The notes under the pieces were generated by a model. The model saw only the letters and a program-made list of their open reading frames with translations. It was not told the origin of the DNA and did not search any database. From Patescibacteria group bacterium (lineage in GTDB: Bacteria > Patescibacteriota > Patescibacteriia > Buchananbacterales > UBA6539), in assembly GCA_034003985.1 (NCBI GenBank), contig JAVEXP010000001.1:236190-300189 (forward strand): a DNA stretch of 64,000 nucleotides, written 5' to 3'. The position numbers and the translations under genes were made by a program. Of the stretch, positions 27,627 to 36,689 are shown one piece after another; position 1 is the stretch's first letter, and each line of letters starts with the position of its first letter.

Positions 27627-28031
27627 TTAGTTAAAAAAGTAGAGCCACCATTTTTCGAGGTTGGATAAATCTTTTGTGCCAGTAGTAACTGGATTGGTGG
27701 AATCATTGGCGATTTGACCGGATTGGGAGCTGTTACTGGAAACAATGACCACTTTTTCCCCTTCTTTTTTCAATCCCAGATCCGTTCTGGCTTTTTCTTC
27801 AATGTAGGCATCAGAATTGAAATATTCAATTAACTCCCGAAATTCTTGGTTTTTTTGTTCTAAATTTTGGATTTCTGATTGTAAATCGGCAATTTCTCCA
27901 TCAACCTCATTGTTTCTTTGCCAGCTTTCTTGAAGACTCCAGCCAGTTAAACCCAAAATCATAAACAAAACCACCAAAATGGTTATTGTTTTGAAATGGC
28001 TTTTTGATTTTGGCTTAGGATTACTGATCAT
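27627..28031 (-). CDS. Septum formation initiator (FtsB/DivIC family)
   Basis: TM segment plus coiled coil plus YIEEKARTDLGLKKEGEKV. Confidence 0.85.
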   Translation of the reverse strand: MISNPKPKSKSHFKTITILVVLFMILGLTGWSLQESWQRNNEVDGEIADLQSEIQNLEQKNQEFRELIEYFNSDAYIEEKARTDLGLKKEGEKVVIVSSNSSQSGQIANDSTNPVTTGTKDLSNLEKWWLYFFN

Positions 28032-28177
28032 TGATAACTTAGCCGTCTAAATTATAACATTTTTCGGTGGTTGGTATCAAATTATTTTACCTCCCTTGGT
28101 GGTAGAATATATTATACCAAAAAAATAAAATCCTCGCCACTTGCCAGAATTTGCCGGTTGATGTTTTTTAATTTATC

Positions 28178-28588
28178 TTAGTTATAATCTCCCGCCGCTT
28201 CCGGTTGGTAGATTATTTCTTCAATTTTAATCTTTTTTAATCCCGAGGGGGTAGGCCATTCAATGATGTCATTGGTACCATAACCAATCAAGGCCGTAGC
28301 GATTGGCGACAAAATTGAAATTTTGCCATTAGCAATATCGGCCTGCTCAGGAAAAACAATAGAATATTCAAGAGTTTGGTCGGAATCCAAAAATTTGAAC
28401 CGGACCTTTGAATTCATGGTAGCCACTTGTTTGGGAATTTTAGTCGGTTCAACAATCTCGGATTTTTTAAGTTCCAATGATAGCGCTTTGATATAATCAG
28501 CGTTTTTCAGGTGGTTTTTAATTTCCTCGCGAAGCATATGGGATAGCTTCTGATAGTCGGTTTTGGTTATATAAATTTTTTTGGTCAT
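28178..28588 (-). CDS. rnk: Regulator of nucleoside diphosphate kinase (Gre-family)
   Basis: IYITKTDYQKL, VATMNSKV, ISILSPIATALIGY and IYQPEAAGD motifs. Confidence 0.9.
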   Translation of the reverse strand: MTKKIYITKTDYQKLSHMLREEIKNHLKNADYIKALSLELKKSEIVEPTKIPKQVATMNSKVRFKFLDSDQTLEYSIVFPEQADIANGKISILSPIATALIGYGTNDIIEWPTPSGLKKIKIEEIIYQPEAAGDYN

Positions 28589-28598
28589 AGCATTAATT

Positions 28599-28725
28599 AA
28601 AAAACGGCCGGAAATTTTTGGCCGATTTGGTTATTTATAAAGTAAATTTGATAAAACCAACCAGCCTAAACAGCCAGCTGCTCTAAGATAATTGTTAAAT
28701 TAATAATAAATTGACTGAGGTTCAT
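28599..28725 (-). promoter_or_regulatory. Putative attenuator: 19-codon leader peptide plus alternative hairpins and terminator
   Basis: uORF at 28666-28725; antiterminator GGCUGGUUGGUU/AACCAAAUCGGCC; terminator CGGCC..GGCCG followed by U6. Confidence 0.6.
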
Positions 28726-28746
28726 TAAATTGGGGGTGATAGTAAT

Positions 28747-28822
28747 TGGTGGGACGTGAGGGATTCGAACCCCCGACCATTGGCTTAAAAGGCCACTGCT
28801 CTACCAACTGAGCTAACGTCCC
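28747..28822 (-). tRNA. tRNA-Lys(UUU)
   Basis: Acceptor stem GGGACGT/ACGTCCC with encoded CCA; loop CT-TTT-AA; promoter TTGATT-17-TAAACT upstream. Confidence 0.97.
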
Positions 28823-28870
28823 ATAAGATACGATATAGTTTAGCAGATTTATTATAAAGAATCAAGATTT

Positions 28871-29302
28871 TCAAGGGTTGACGGTTTCACAGTTCTCGTC
28901 GGCGGTACACAATTGCTTATAAAAAGTGAGATATAAAATTAAGTTTGCCAAACTGAAAAAGCCAAACAATAAGTTTACCTCCAAGGATTGGTTAGCAGTG
29001 GCAAAAATGATTTCAACCGCCGGGGCAATAATTGATATCTCCATAATGTATTTGATGCTGACATGGTGGCTCTCCAGATAGAAAATCATCAATCGGTAAG
29101 CCTTGACAAAAACCACCAAAAAAGCCATTTCATGCAGGATCGCCTGAACATTGAAATTTAAAACATTGACATAAACGCCAATCAGCCTAAAAACCATGTA
29201 AATTATCAAAACAGCGATGGTGGCAAAGATTAATAGTGATACGATGGTATCACTAAAGGTAACGCCTAGTTTAAAATATCGATTATTATTGGTGGTTTTC
29301 AT
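28871..29302 (-). CDS. PsiE-like membrane protein
   Basis: About four TM segments, with YLESHHVSIKYIMEISIIA. The ORF-track ATG at 29323 overlaps the TATAAT box, so the next ATG is used. Confidence 0.6.
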   Translation of the reverse strand: MKTTNNNRYFKLGVTFSDTIVSLLIFATIAVLIIYMVFRLIGVYVNVLNFNVQAILHEMAFLVVFVKAYRLMIFYLESHHVSIKYIMEISIIAPAVEIIFATANQSLEVNLLFGFFSLANLILYLTFYKQLCTADENCETVNP

Positions 29303-29442
29303 GATGATTTGGACGATATCCATTATAACATTTTTTTTCTTTTAGGCAAGATTGGTGGATAATTTGTGATAAATCGGCGACTTGAATAAGTATTGATAAA
29401 CGGTTAAGATTATATAGCAATTATTACTTAGATTTTAGATTT

Positions 29443-30825
29443 ATGGCTCAAAATAGCGAAACCATTGGCAAGATACCGCCGCAGAATATCGAAATGGAAC
29501 AGTCTCTTCTCGGTTGTTTGTTAATTGACAATGATGCCATTATTAAAGTGGCCGATATCCTTAATTTTGATGATTTTTACAAAGAGGCTCATGCTCAGGT
29601 TTTTGTGACCATTAAAGAACTTTATGAGAAACGGGAACCAATTGATTTGTTAAGCGTTGGTTCAAGACTGGAAGAAAAAAAGTTAGTTGACCGAATCGGC
29701 GGCCGGAGTTATTTGGCAACTTTGGCCAATGCGGTGCCAAGTTCCAGTCATGTTTTGCATTATGCCAAGGTGGTTCAAGGTAAAGCGACATTGCGCCGTT
29801 TGATCAGGGCGGCCTCTGAGATTACCGAGTTAGGTTTTAACGAAGCGGAAAATATTGATCATTTATTGGATACGGCTGAACAAAAATTGTTTAGCGTTTC
29901 CCAAAAATATCTGAAACGAAGCTTTGTTTCAATTACCGATGTTTTGACTGAGGCTTTTGATCGGATTGACGAGTTACATCGAGAATCAGGGAAATTACGC
30001 GGCATTCCGACCTTTTATCCCGACTTGGACAATATTTTGGCTGGATTGCAAAAATCAGATTTAATCATTTTAGCCGCCCGACCGTCAGTGGGTAAAACCA
30101 CCCTGGCTTTGGATATCGCGCGGAATGTGGCGATTAAAGCCAAGGAACCGGTGGGCATTTTCAGCCTGGAAATGTCTAAAGAACAATTAGTTGACCGTTT
30201 GCTTTGTTCGGAGGCCGGAGTTGATTTGTGGAAAATGCGAACCGGTAAATTGTCCGATCAGGGTGAGGATGATGATTTTACCAGAATTAATCGGGCAATG
30301 GGTCATTTATCGGAAGCTAAAATTTTCATTGATGATACCGCCAATTCAACAATCATGGAAATTCGAACCAAAGCCAGACGGCTTCAAACTGAGCATGGTT
30401 TAAGTTTGGTTGTAATCGACTATCTCCAGTTGATGGAGGGAACTTCCGGGCGAGGCGATAACCGCGTCCAAGAAGTTTCCGAGATATCGCGCGGTCTGAA
30501 AGCCATTGCTCGTGAATTGAATGTGCCGGTGATTGCCTTGTCTCAGCTATCACGGGGAGTTGAAGCCAGAGACAGTCATATTCCCCGCCTGGCTGATTTG
30601 CGCGAATCGGGCTCTATTGAACAAGATGCCGATGTGGTATTATTTATTTATCGGGAAAAAATGTATCAGCAAGATTTGCCACCAGACCGGGCCAACTTGG
30701 CTGAGGTAATTATCGCCAAGCATCGTAACGGTCCCACTGGCAAAGTCAAATTATTTTTTGACGAAAAGAATGTTACCTTTAAAAGTACGGAACAAAAAAT
30801 TAAAGATACTGATTTAACTTTTTAA
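29443..30825 (+). CDS. dnaB: Replicative DNA helicase
   Basis: PPQNIEMEQSLLG, AARPSVGKT, IDYLQL, DLRESGSIEQDAD and KHRNGPTG motifs; no intein. Confidence 0.98.
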   Translation: MAQNSETIGKIPPQNIEMEQSLLGCLLIDNDAIIKVADILNFDDFYKEAHAQVFVTIKELYEKREPIDLLSVGSRLEEKKLVDRIGGRSYLATLANAVPSSSHVLHYAKVVQGKATLRRLIRAASEITELGFNEAENIDHLLDTAEQKLFSVSQKYLKRSFVSITDVLTEAFDRIDELHRESGKLRGIPTFYPDLDNILAGLQKSDLIILAARPSVGKTTLALDIARNVAIKAKEPVGIFSLEMSKEQLVDRLLCSEAGVDLWKMRTGKLSDQGEDDDFTRINRAMGHLSEAKIFIDDTANSTIMEIRTKARRLQTEHGLSLVVIDYLQLMEGTSGRGDNRVQEVSEISRGLKAIARELNVPVIALSQLSRGVEARDSHIPRLADLRESGSIEQDADVVLFIYREKMYQQDLPPDRANLAEVIIAKHRNGPTGKVKLFFDEKNVTFKSTEQKIKDTDLTF

Positions 30826-30830
30826 AAATT

Positions 30831-31109
30831 ATGCCTCAACCTCCTCAACCTCCTCGTCCGCCTCATCCCCCGATGCCCGACCATAAACCTTTGGCCCCGG
30901 CGCTTAATTCAATCCCCCACAACGCCCCGCCCCAAGAAAGTAAAACCCGTTCTTTATTGTTCGCCGTTGTCAGCGGCAGCATTCTTTCTTTGATCGTTGG
31001 TATTCTTCTAGCTTATTTTAAGATTTCAATTAATGTTATTTTGCCGGTTTTGGCCCCGGTTTGGGTTGGCAGCATAACTTTAATTTATTCGGTTAATACT
31101 AAGAATTAG
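30831..31109 (+). CDS. Small membrane protein with a proline-rich N-terminus
   Basis: MPQPPQPPRPPHPPMP followed by two hydrophobic segments; packed between dnaB and recR. Confidence 0.7.
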   Translation: MPQPPQPPRPPHPPMPDHKPLAPALNSIPHNAPPQESKTRSLLFAVVSGSILSLIVGILLAYFKISINVILPVLAPVWVGSITLIYSVNTKN

Positions 31110-31711
31110 TGGCTAAATATCCTTCTTCAATCCAGAAATTAATGGACCAGTTTGCCAAGCTACCGGGCATTGGCCAAAAAACCGCCGAGCGGTTGGTTTT
31201 TTATTTATTAAAGAGATCACCCGAAGAATTAATGGAATTTGCTTCAGCTTTAGCCCATTTAAAGGATAAAATAAGTGTTTGTCGTGAGTGTTATAATTAT
31301 TCCGAGAGTAATCCTTGTCCAATTTGTGTTGATCAGAAGAGAGATAAGCGGCTGCTTTGCATTGTTAGCAAACCCCAAGATTTGTTGGTTTTGGAAAAAA
31401 CCAGTGAATATCAGGGAGTTTATCATGTCTTGGGCGGATTAATTGATCCGTTGAATGGCGTAACCCCTCAGCAGTTACGAATCAGAGAACTCATTGAGCG
31501 GATAAAACGCTATCGGGCCCAAGAAGTTATTTTGGCTTTTAATTCCGATATGCCCGGTGAAACAACGGTATTGTATTTGACTAAATTATTAAAACAGTTC
31601 CCCAATTTGAAAATTACCCGGCTGGCTCAAGGTCTGCCTTTGGGTAGTGATTTGGAATATACTGATGAAGTTACTTTAACCAATGCCTTGCGAGGACGAC
31701 GGGAACTTTAA
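31109..31711 (+). CDS. recR: Recombination protein RecR
   Basis: LPGIGQKTAERL, C4 zinc finger, YHVLGG and ITRLAQGLPLG motifs. Confidence 0.96.
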   Translation: MAKYPSSIQKLMDQFAKLPGIGQKTAERLVFYLLKRSPEELMEFASALAHLKDKISVCRECYNYSESNPCPICVDQKRDKRLLCIVSKPQDLLVLEKTSEYQGVYHVLGGLIDPLNGVTPQQLRIRELIERIKRYRAQEVILAFNSDMPGETTVLYLTKLLKQFPNLKITRLAQGLPLGSDLEYTDEVTLTNALRGRREL

Positions 31712-31725
31712 TTTTTCTAGATTAA

Positions 31726-31754
31726 AAAATAGCCCCCAAATTGGGGGCTATTTT
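31726..31754. terminator. Bidirectional terminator between recR and rplU
   Basis: AAAATAGCCCCCAA-a-TTGGGGGCTATTTT inverted repeat. Confidence 0.85.
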
Positions 31755-31756
31755 AT

Positions 31757-32065
31757 TTAAATTTTGGTAATTTCGATTTGAGTATATTCTTGCCGGTGAC
31801 TGCTAGTTCGATGATAGCGGGTTTTTGATTTGTATTTGATGACTGATATCCTTTTACCCCGGTCATGTTTAATAATTTTGGCTTCCGTCTGAATTTTCAA
31901 TAATGGTTTACCAACTTGAATATTTTCCCCTTTTTCGTCGGTAATCAACAAAGTATCAAGTTTTACTAAATCTCCAACCTTGCCAGGCAGTTTTTCCACT
32001 TTGATTTTATCCCCGACTTTAACCAGATATTGCTTGCCGCCGGTTTTAATTGCCGCTAAAGACAT
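31757..32065 (-). CDS. rplU: 50S ribosomal protein L21
   Basis: IKTGGKQYLV and HRQEYT motifs; promoter TTGACA-17-TAGACT upstream. Confidence 0.96.
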   Translation of the reverse strand: MSLAAIKTGGKQYLVKVGDKIKVEKLPGKVGDLVKLDTLLITDEKGENIQVGKPLLKIQTEAKIIKHDRGKRISVIKYKSKTRYHRTSSHRQEYTQIEITKI

Positions 32066-32132
32066 AGTAATTTAAGAAATTTAAGAGTAACTTTTATAGT
32101 CTAGCCAGATTAGCCAAAATTGTCAAGGGAGT

Positions 32133-32168
32133 AAAAAAAGAGGGCCCAAGTTACGAGCTTAAGCCCCT
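32133..32168 (-). terminator. Terminator after the purF-like gene
   Basis: GGGCTTAAG/CTTGGGCCC stem followed by a T-run on the minus strand. Confidence 0.65.
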
Positions 32169-32203
32169 ATAGTCTGACAGCACCATTTCGGCGCAACAAG
32201 GCA

Positions 32204-33637
32204 TTAACGCTCCAAAGCCTTGCTCATGCACCCCATACAATACCCTGAGCCGATTACCTCGCGGTATTTCCTCAGAGAAAGGTAGTGCAGGGAGTCCACA
32301 CCAATTATCTGGCGGATCTCTTCCGGCGAATGATTGACCGCAACCAAAAGATTTTCATCTTTGGTTTCGGTTCCACCACAGGTACAGGATTTGACAATTG
32401 GCGGGGCAAAACTGACCAAATGAACGGCCAACGCTCCTTCCTGCCGCAGTTTTTTGACAATCGCAATGGCAGTCGTCGCCCGGACGATTGAGTCGTCTCC
32501 CAACAGGATGCGTTTGCCAGCCACCACTGCCGGATCAATGCCGTGTTTCAAGATAATGGCCAGTTCTCTTTCGTCCTGGGTAGCCAGTTGGAAATTGCGG
32601 CGGGCCGCTTCAAAATCGTGCGAGCGATTAACCGCAAAGTTGAAGGGAAAGAGATTCCCCAAATCCATTTGGCTAAAGGCATCGATGCCATCTTGACGCA
32701 ACATCTCCAACATGCGATTTCGGGCATAAGCATTGGCGAAAGCCAGCGTGGCGCTCCGGCCGGAATCCGGGATCGGCGAGATCACATCAACTGTCGGCAA
32801 GACCTCCTGCTCCAGCATCTCCTGGAAGACGGCTAAACCCAAGGCGATTCTAACCTTGGTGACGCTTCGTCCCCAAAGACAGGAAGCAGGATTGGCCGTG
32901 TAGTCGAGGTTGAAGTCGCAATGTCTAGTGCTGCTTGGGATGTTTTCCAGGCGGAAAGTCTGGACATCGCCAGTCGGAGTAATTACTACCACTTGACCGG
33001 CATCAATGGTTTTGATTGGTTTGGCGCCAACCGAACGGATGGCCACATCTTCAGAAGCCAGAATGTAACCCCCACCATCGTTTTCAAAATAACCCAGGGA
33101 AAGCGGATGCATTCCCAAAGGGTCACAGGCACCAATCAAGTGGCCGTTCCAGATGATACCAAAGGCATAGGCCCGATCAAGTTGATTGAGCACTTTCAAT
33201 AAACGGTCAATAATGCCTTCGCCGTCGGTTCGTTCAAGCATCTTTAGTACAACCTCTGAGTCGGAGGTTGCTTCAAAGTCATCTTTCTCGGCCTTCAGAA
33301 TTTCCCGGCGGGCTTCGGCGCCGTAAATTTGGCCATTGTGAGCCAGCGCCAGTTGCTCATATTTACTGGCGAATGGGTGAGCGTTGGCCAAAAGACTTCC
33401 GCCAGAAGTGCCATACCGAACATGGCCCAAGGCCAAGGTGGCTGTTTCGAGTCCGGTGTCGGCGATCCTTTTACGAATTCGTCCGGCGGGACCCTCAACC
33501 TTGACTACCTTCACTTCGCTTTCAACAATACCAGCCAGACCGGCGGCTTGCGAACCGCGACCTTGAATGGTCGACAATCCATCCAGTACGGTTTTGGCCG
33601 CGCCTGGACGGCCAATCACGCCAACAATTCCACACAT
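32204..33637 (-). CDS. purF: Divergent amidophosphoribosyltransferase-like protein
   Basis: MCGIVG catalytic Cys, GHVRYGTSG, HNGQI, PIPDSG, DDSIVR.TT PRPP loop and C-terminal CxxC. Confidence 0.8.
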   Translation of the reverse strand: MCGIVGVIGRPGAAKTVLDGLSTIQGRGSQAAGLAGIVESEVKVVKVEGPAGRIRKRIADTGLETATLALGHVRYGTSGGSLLANAHPFASKYEQLALAHNGQIYGAEARREILKAEKDDFEATSDSEVVLKMLERTDGEGIIDRLLKVLNQLDRAYAFGIIWNGHLIGACDPLGMHPLSLGYFENDGGGYILASEDVAIRSVGAKPIKTIDAGQVVVITPTGDVQTFRLENIPSSTRHCDFNLDYTANPASCLWGRSVTKVRIALGLAVFQEMLEQEVLPTVDVISPIPDSGRSATLAFANAYARNRMLEMLRQDGIDAFSQMDLGNLFPFNFAVNRSHDFEAARRNFQLATQDERELAIILKHGIDPAVVAGKRILLGDDSIVRATTAIAIVKKLRQEGALAVHLVSFAPPIVKSCTCGGTETKDENLLVAVNHSPEEIRQIIGVDSLHYLSLRKYREVIGSGYCMGCMSKALER

Positions 33638-33735
33638 AAAGCGCTCCTTTCCCTCGATGCCGCGTTGTTAGCCCAAAAATAAAAAGAACCCGTTCCCTCC
33701 GCTTGTATCTTACTACAATCAGGTCCTAAGTCAAA

Positions 33736-35217
33736 TTAAAGAAACTTTGAAATATAATAGTCAACTGGCGCAAAATCATCAGTCAAAATCGGTATATCTT
33801 GGTTGATAAGAATATCTTGATTAAACCAATATTTTAATAATTCTTTTTGATTGTCATTAGCCCTTTCGATCAGTTTTTCCCTGGTGATTAGTTCATTGTT
33901 TTTAGAAGCGATGAGAATAATATTTTGGATTTCAGCTGGTTTTGCTTGATTTGGATTTTGGGTGGTAAAAATGTAGACTTGAGGAAAATACCGTTTTAAA
34001 GTCTTATATTCAGCTTGTAAAAATAGTGACTTTTGACCGCTTAGTGAAGAAGCTAAATTTAGAATAAAAACGCCGTTATCGTTTAAAGAATCGGATATTT
34101 TCGAGATTGCTTCCAAACTGGTCAGTTGAAAAGGAATTGAAACATAAGAGTTAAAAACATCACCATAAATTACATCAAATTTTTTTTGATTTTTATTTAA
34201 GAAAATTCTGGCGTCTTGATGAATAATATTTAAGCGATGGTTGGGTTTGAGGTCAAAATAAGAAGAAGCGATTTTGGTTAATTCCGGATCAATTTCAACC
34301 ACTGTCATTTGTGCTTCGGAGTAACGGTTAAGGAAGTCCAAAGGTGCGACATAAGCCCCGCCACCCAAAGTCAGGGCGCTGTTGATTTGGGGAACAAATA
34401 AATTATCAAGTCGATAAAGTTTATGATAACTGGCAAAAATTTCGTCAGCATCTAAATATTTAATGCTGTGGGATTCGGTTGCCAAATACAACGCGCGAAT
34501 CGGCCGGTTGGTTTTTGGATCGACAACATCAATTATTTTGATATGATTATAAGCACTGTCACCTTCAAAGACGATCTGGGCAGCAGTTGACTTGGGAATT
34601 AACCAAAGAACTAAAACCAAAATTAAGGTGATAATTTTGATAATTTTGTGACCGGCGATTAAAGAAATGAGAATAAGTGTAAAACTCAAACCATATAAAA
34701 TTTGACTACTACCGAAAGTCGGGATTAAATAAAAGCCTGCTAAAAAGGTGCCGGCAATACTGCCAATCGTGGAAAGAGCATATAAATTTCCGGCAACGCC
34801 CCCAGAATCTTTGACATTTTCCACTTTTAATCTAACGGCGTAAGGCGAAACCATTCCCAAAATAACGCTTGGCGGACCAAACAGAATCAGGGCGGCTGTC
34901 ACGGAACCAAATTTTACCCCTAGATTCGCAGTAAAATTTAGGATAGGAGTTTTAATGATGGTAATTAACAAAATCGTCAAGCCGGCGATTAGTAAAATTC
35001 TAGCCAAAAAATTCAAGTTGGGTGATTTTTTAGAAAATTGACCACCTAAATAATAGCCCAGGCTTAAAGCTCCCATGACAATACCAATAAGTGATGACCA
35101 AACAAAGATGGAGGTTCCTAGGATTGGCGCTAAAATTCGAGAGCCAATTAATTCTAAAACCATAACAATCGCGCCGCTACTAAAAATAATTATTTCTAAT
35201 TTGTTAGGAATTTTCAT
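33736..35217 (-). CDS. Membrane domain fused to a spermidine-synthase-like methyltransferase
   Basis: MVLELIGSRILAP TM region; LGGGAY, VEIDP, DARIFL and LTDDFAPVD motifs. Confidence 0.85.
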   Translation of the reverse strand: MKIPNKLEIIIFSSGAIVMVLELIGSRILAPILGTSIFVWSSLIGIVMGALSLGYYLGGQFSKKSPNLNFLARILLIAGLTILLITIIKTPILNFTANLGVKFGSVTAALILFGPPSVILGMVSPYAVRLKVENVKDSGGVAGNLYALSTIGSIAGTFLAGFYLIPTFGSSQILYGLSFTLILISLIAGHKIIKIITLILVLVLWLIPKSTAAQIVFEGDSAYNHIKIIDVVDPKTNRPIRALYLATESHSIKYLDADEIFASYHKLYRLDNLFVPQINSALTLGGGAYVAPLDFLNRYSEAQMTVVEIDPELTKIASSYFDLKPNHRLNIIHQDARIFLNKNQKKFDVIYGDVFNSYVSIPFQLTSLEAISKISDSLNDNGVFILNLASSLSGQKSLFLQAEYKTLKRYFPQVYIFTTQNPNQAKPAEIQNIILIASKNNELITREKLIERANDNQKELLKYWFNQDILINQDIPILTDDFAPVDYYISKFL

Positions 35218-35223
35218 TTTTGT

Positions 35224-35667
35224 TTAATCTAAAAAATAAGAAACTTGATCGTTAATTTTTATTTGATGTTTTTTAACAAAACCAGCATTAACTTCTAAAA
35301 CATGGTCAATTGGTTCGGGCGGATTAACGACAGCCGGTCTTTCGTTATTGGTTGGCGGTTGGATATTTTCAGTAGTGGCAATTACCTTGTTATTACTGAT
35401 CCAAATAAAATCCAAGGGAAATCTCATTCCTTTCATCCAAAATGTAACATCGGTTTTGGGTGGATAAGCAAATAGCATGCCGTTATTTTCTTTCAGGAAT
35501 ACTCGATTGGCAAGACCCATGGTTTGATCTTGGGAAATTTCAACTGTTACTTTAAGGTTGTTGATGATCAAATATGGTTTTGTTTGAAAACCTTTGTCAG
35601 TAAAAATAATAAAGGAAATAATAATAATTATTCCTCCAACGGCCGGCACCAGAAATTTAAATTTCAT
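35224..35667 (-). CDS. DUF192-family protein
   Basis: GMLF, FWMKGMRFPLDFIWI and VLEVNAG motifs. Confidence 0.88.
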   Translation of the reverse strand: MKFKFLVPAVGGIIIIISFIIFTDKGFQTKPYLIINNLKVTVEISQDQTMGLANRVFLKENNGMLFAYPPKTDVTFWMKGMRFPLDFIWISNNKVIATTENIQPPTNNERPAVVNPPEPIDHVLEVNAGFVKKHQIKINDQVSYFLD

Positions 35668-36688
35668 GATGTTTGCGGTGATGTATTGATAAAACAAGGC
35701 TGGCTAAAACAATCATAAAGACTGCCAAAACCACTAAAGCCAGAACTTTACCCTTGGAATGGAGAAATAGCGATATGGTGCCGGAAACGGCGGTAATAAA
35801 ATAAAGGAAAATGACAGTTTGGCGGTGGGATAGGCCGAGATCTAAAAGCCGGTAGTGAAGATGACGACGGTCACCAATGGCTGGCGATTTTTTAAACCAT
35901 AGGCGTTGAACGATTACCCAGGCGACATCTAGAATTGGGATACCCATAATTAGTAAGGCCGTGGCAATTTTTGACCCTGAAATTATTGAAAGGGTACCTA
36001 ATAAAAAACCACATAAAACACTGCCACCTTCGCCCAAAAAAATTTTAGCCGGATGCCAATTAAAAATTAAAAAACCAAGAGTTGATCCGGCTAAAATTAA
36101 GGCCAAAATGGAGGTGCCTGATAGCGAAACATCCCAGTAAAGACTGACTATAAAAATAATAATTGAACCAATGGCTGTTATTCCAGAAGTAAGAGCGTCA
36201 AGGCCATCAAGGAATTTAGTGGTATAAATCATTCCCATTATCCAAAAAAATGTCGTGACCGTTCCCAAAAATACCGGAAATTCAATGATGCCGCCAAGCG
36301 GATTGGTAACAAAAAGAATTTTAGCCCCCGACAATAGTAAGGTGAGGGTCGCCAAGACGGGAAAAATTAACTGCTGGTGGGGTTTGATGTTGTATTTATC
36401 GTCCAATAATCCGCCGATAATCAAAATTAGTCCGCCGATTAAAATCGCGGTGATGTGATAATTGTTTATTTTACTGTCGTTAAGGTAACCGTTAAACCAA
36501 AATAGACCAGCGGTTAGACTAAAAGCGAGATAAATGGCCACACCGCCTAATAAAGGAGTTGGTCGCTTGTGGATTTTGCGCGGGGCAGGTAGATCAAAAA
36601 TCCCAAGCTTAGTGGCCAATATTTTAACAAGCAAGGTAAGACCAGTCGATAAAATAAAAGCAATACTTAGGGCGAATAAATAGATCAT
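35657..36688 (-). CDS. MraY/WecA(TagO)-family polyprenyl-phosphate HexNAc-1-P transferase
   Basis: RKIHKRPTPLLGG, GLLDD, DGLDAL, FNWHPAKIFLG and DRRHLHYRL motifs. Confidence 0.9.
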   Translation of the reverse strand: MIYLFALSIAFILSTGLTLLVKILATKLGIFDLPAPRKIHKRPTPLLGGVAIYLAFSLTAGLFWFNGYLNDSKINNYHITAILIGGLILIIGGLLDDKYNIKPHQQLIFPVLATLTLLLSGAKILFVTNPLGGIIEFPVFLGTVTTFFWIMGMIYTTKFLDGLDALTSGITAIGSIIIFIVSLYWDVSLSGTSILALILAGSTLGFLIFNWHPAKIFLGEGGSVLCGFLLGTLSIISGSKIATALLIMGIPILDVAWVIVQRLWFKKSPAIGDRRHLHYRLLDLGLSHRQTVIFLYFITAVSGTISLFLHSKGKVLALVVLAVFMIVLASLVLSIHHRKHHEI

Positions 36689-36689
36689 T

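Noticed and set aside
26396-28822. tRNA genes as integration sites
   Set aside because: I saw no integrase and no duplicated tRNA 3' end in the window.
32285-33682. Many overlapping ORFs within the purF-like gene
   Set aside because: These are expected from the higher GC content (fewer stop codons) and show no motifs or expression signals.
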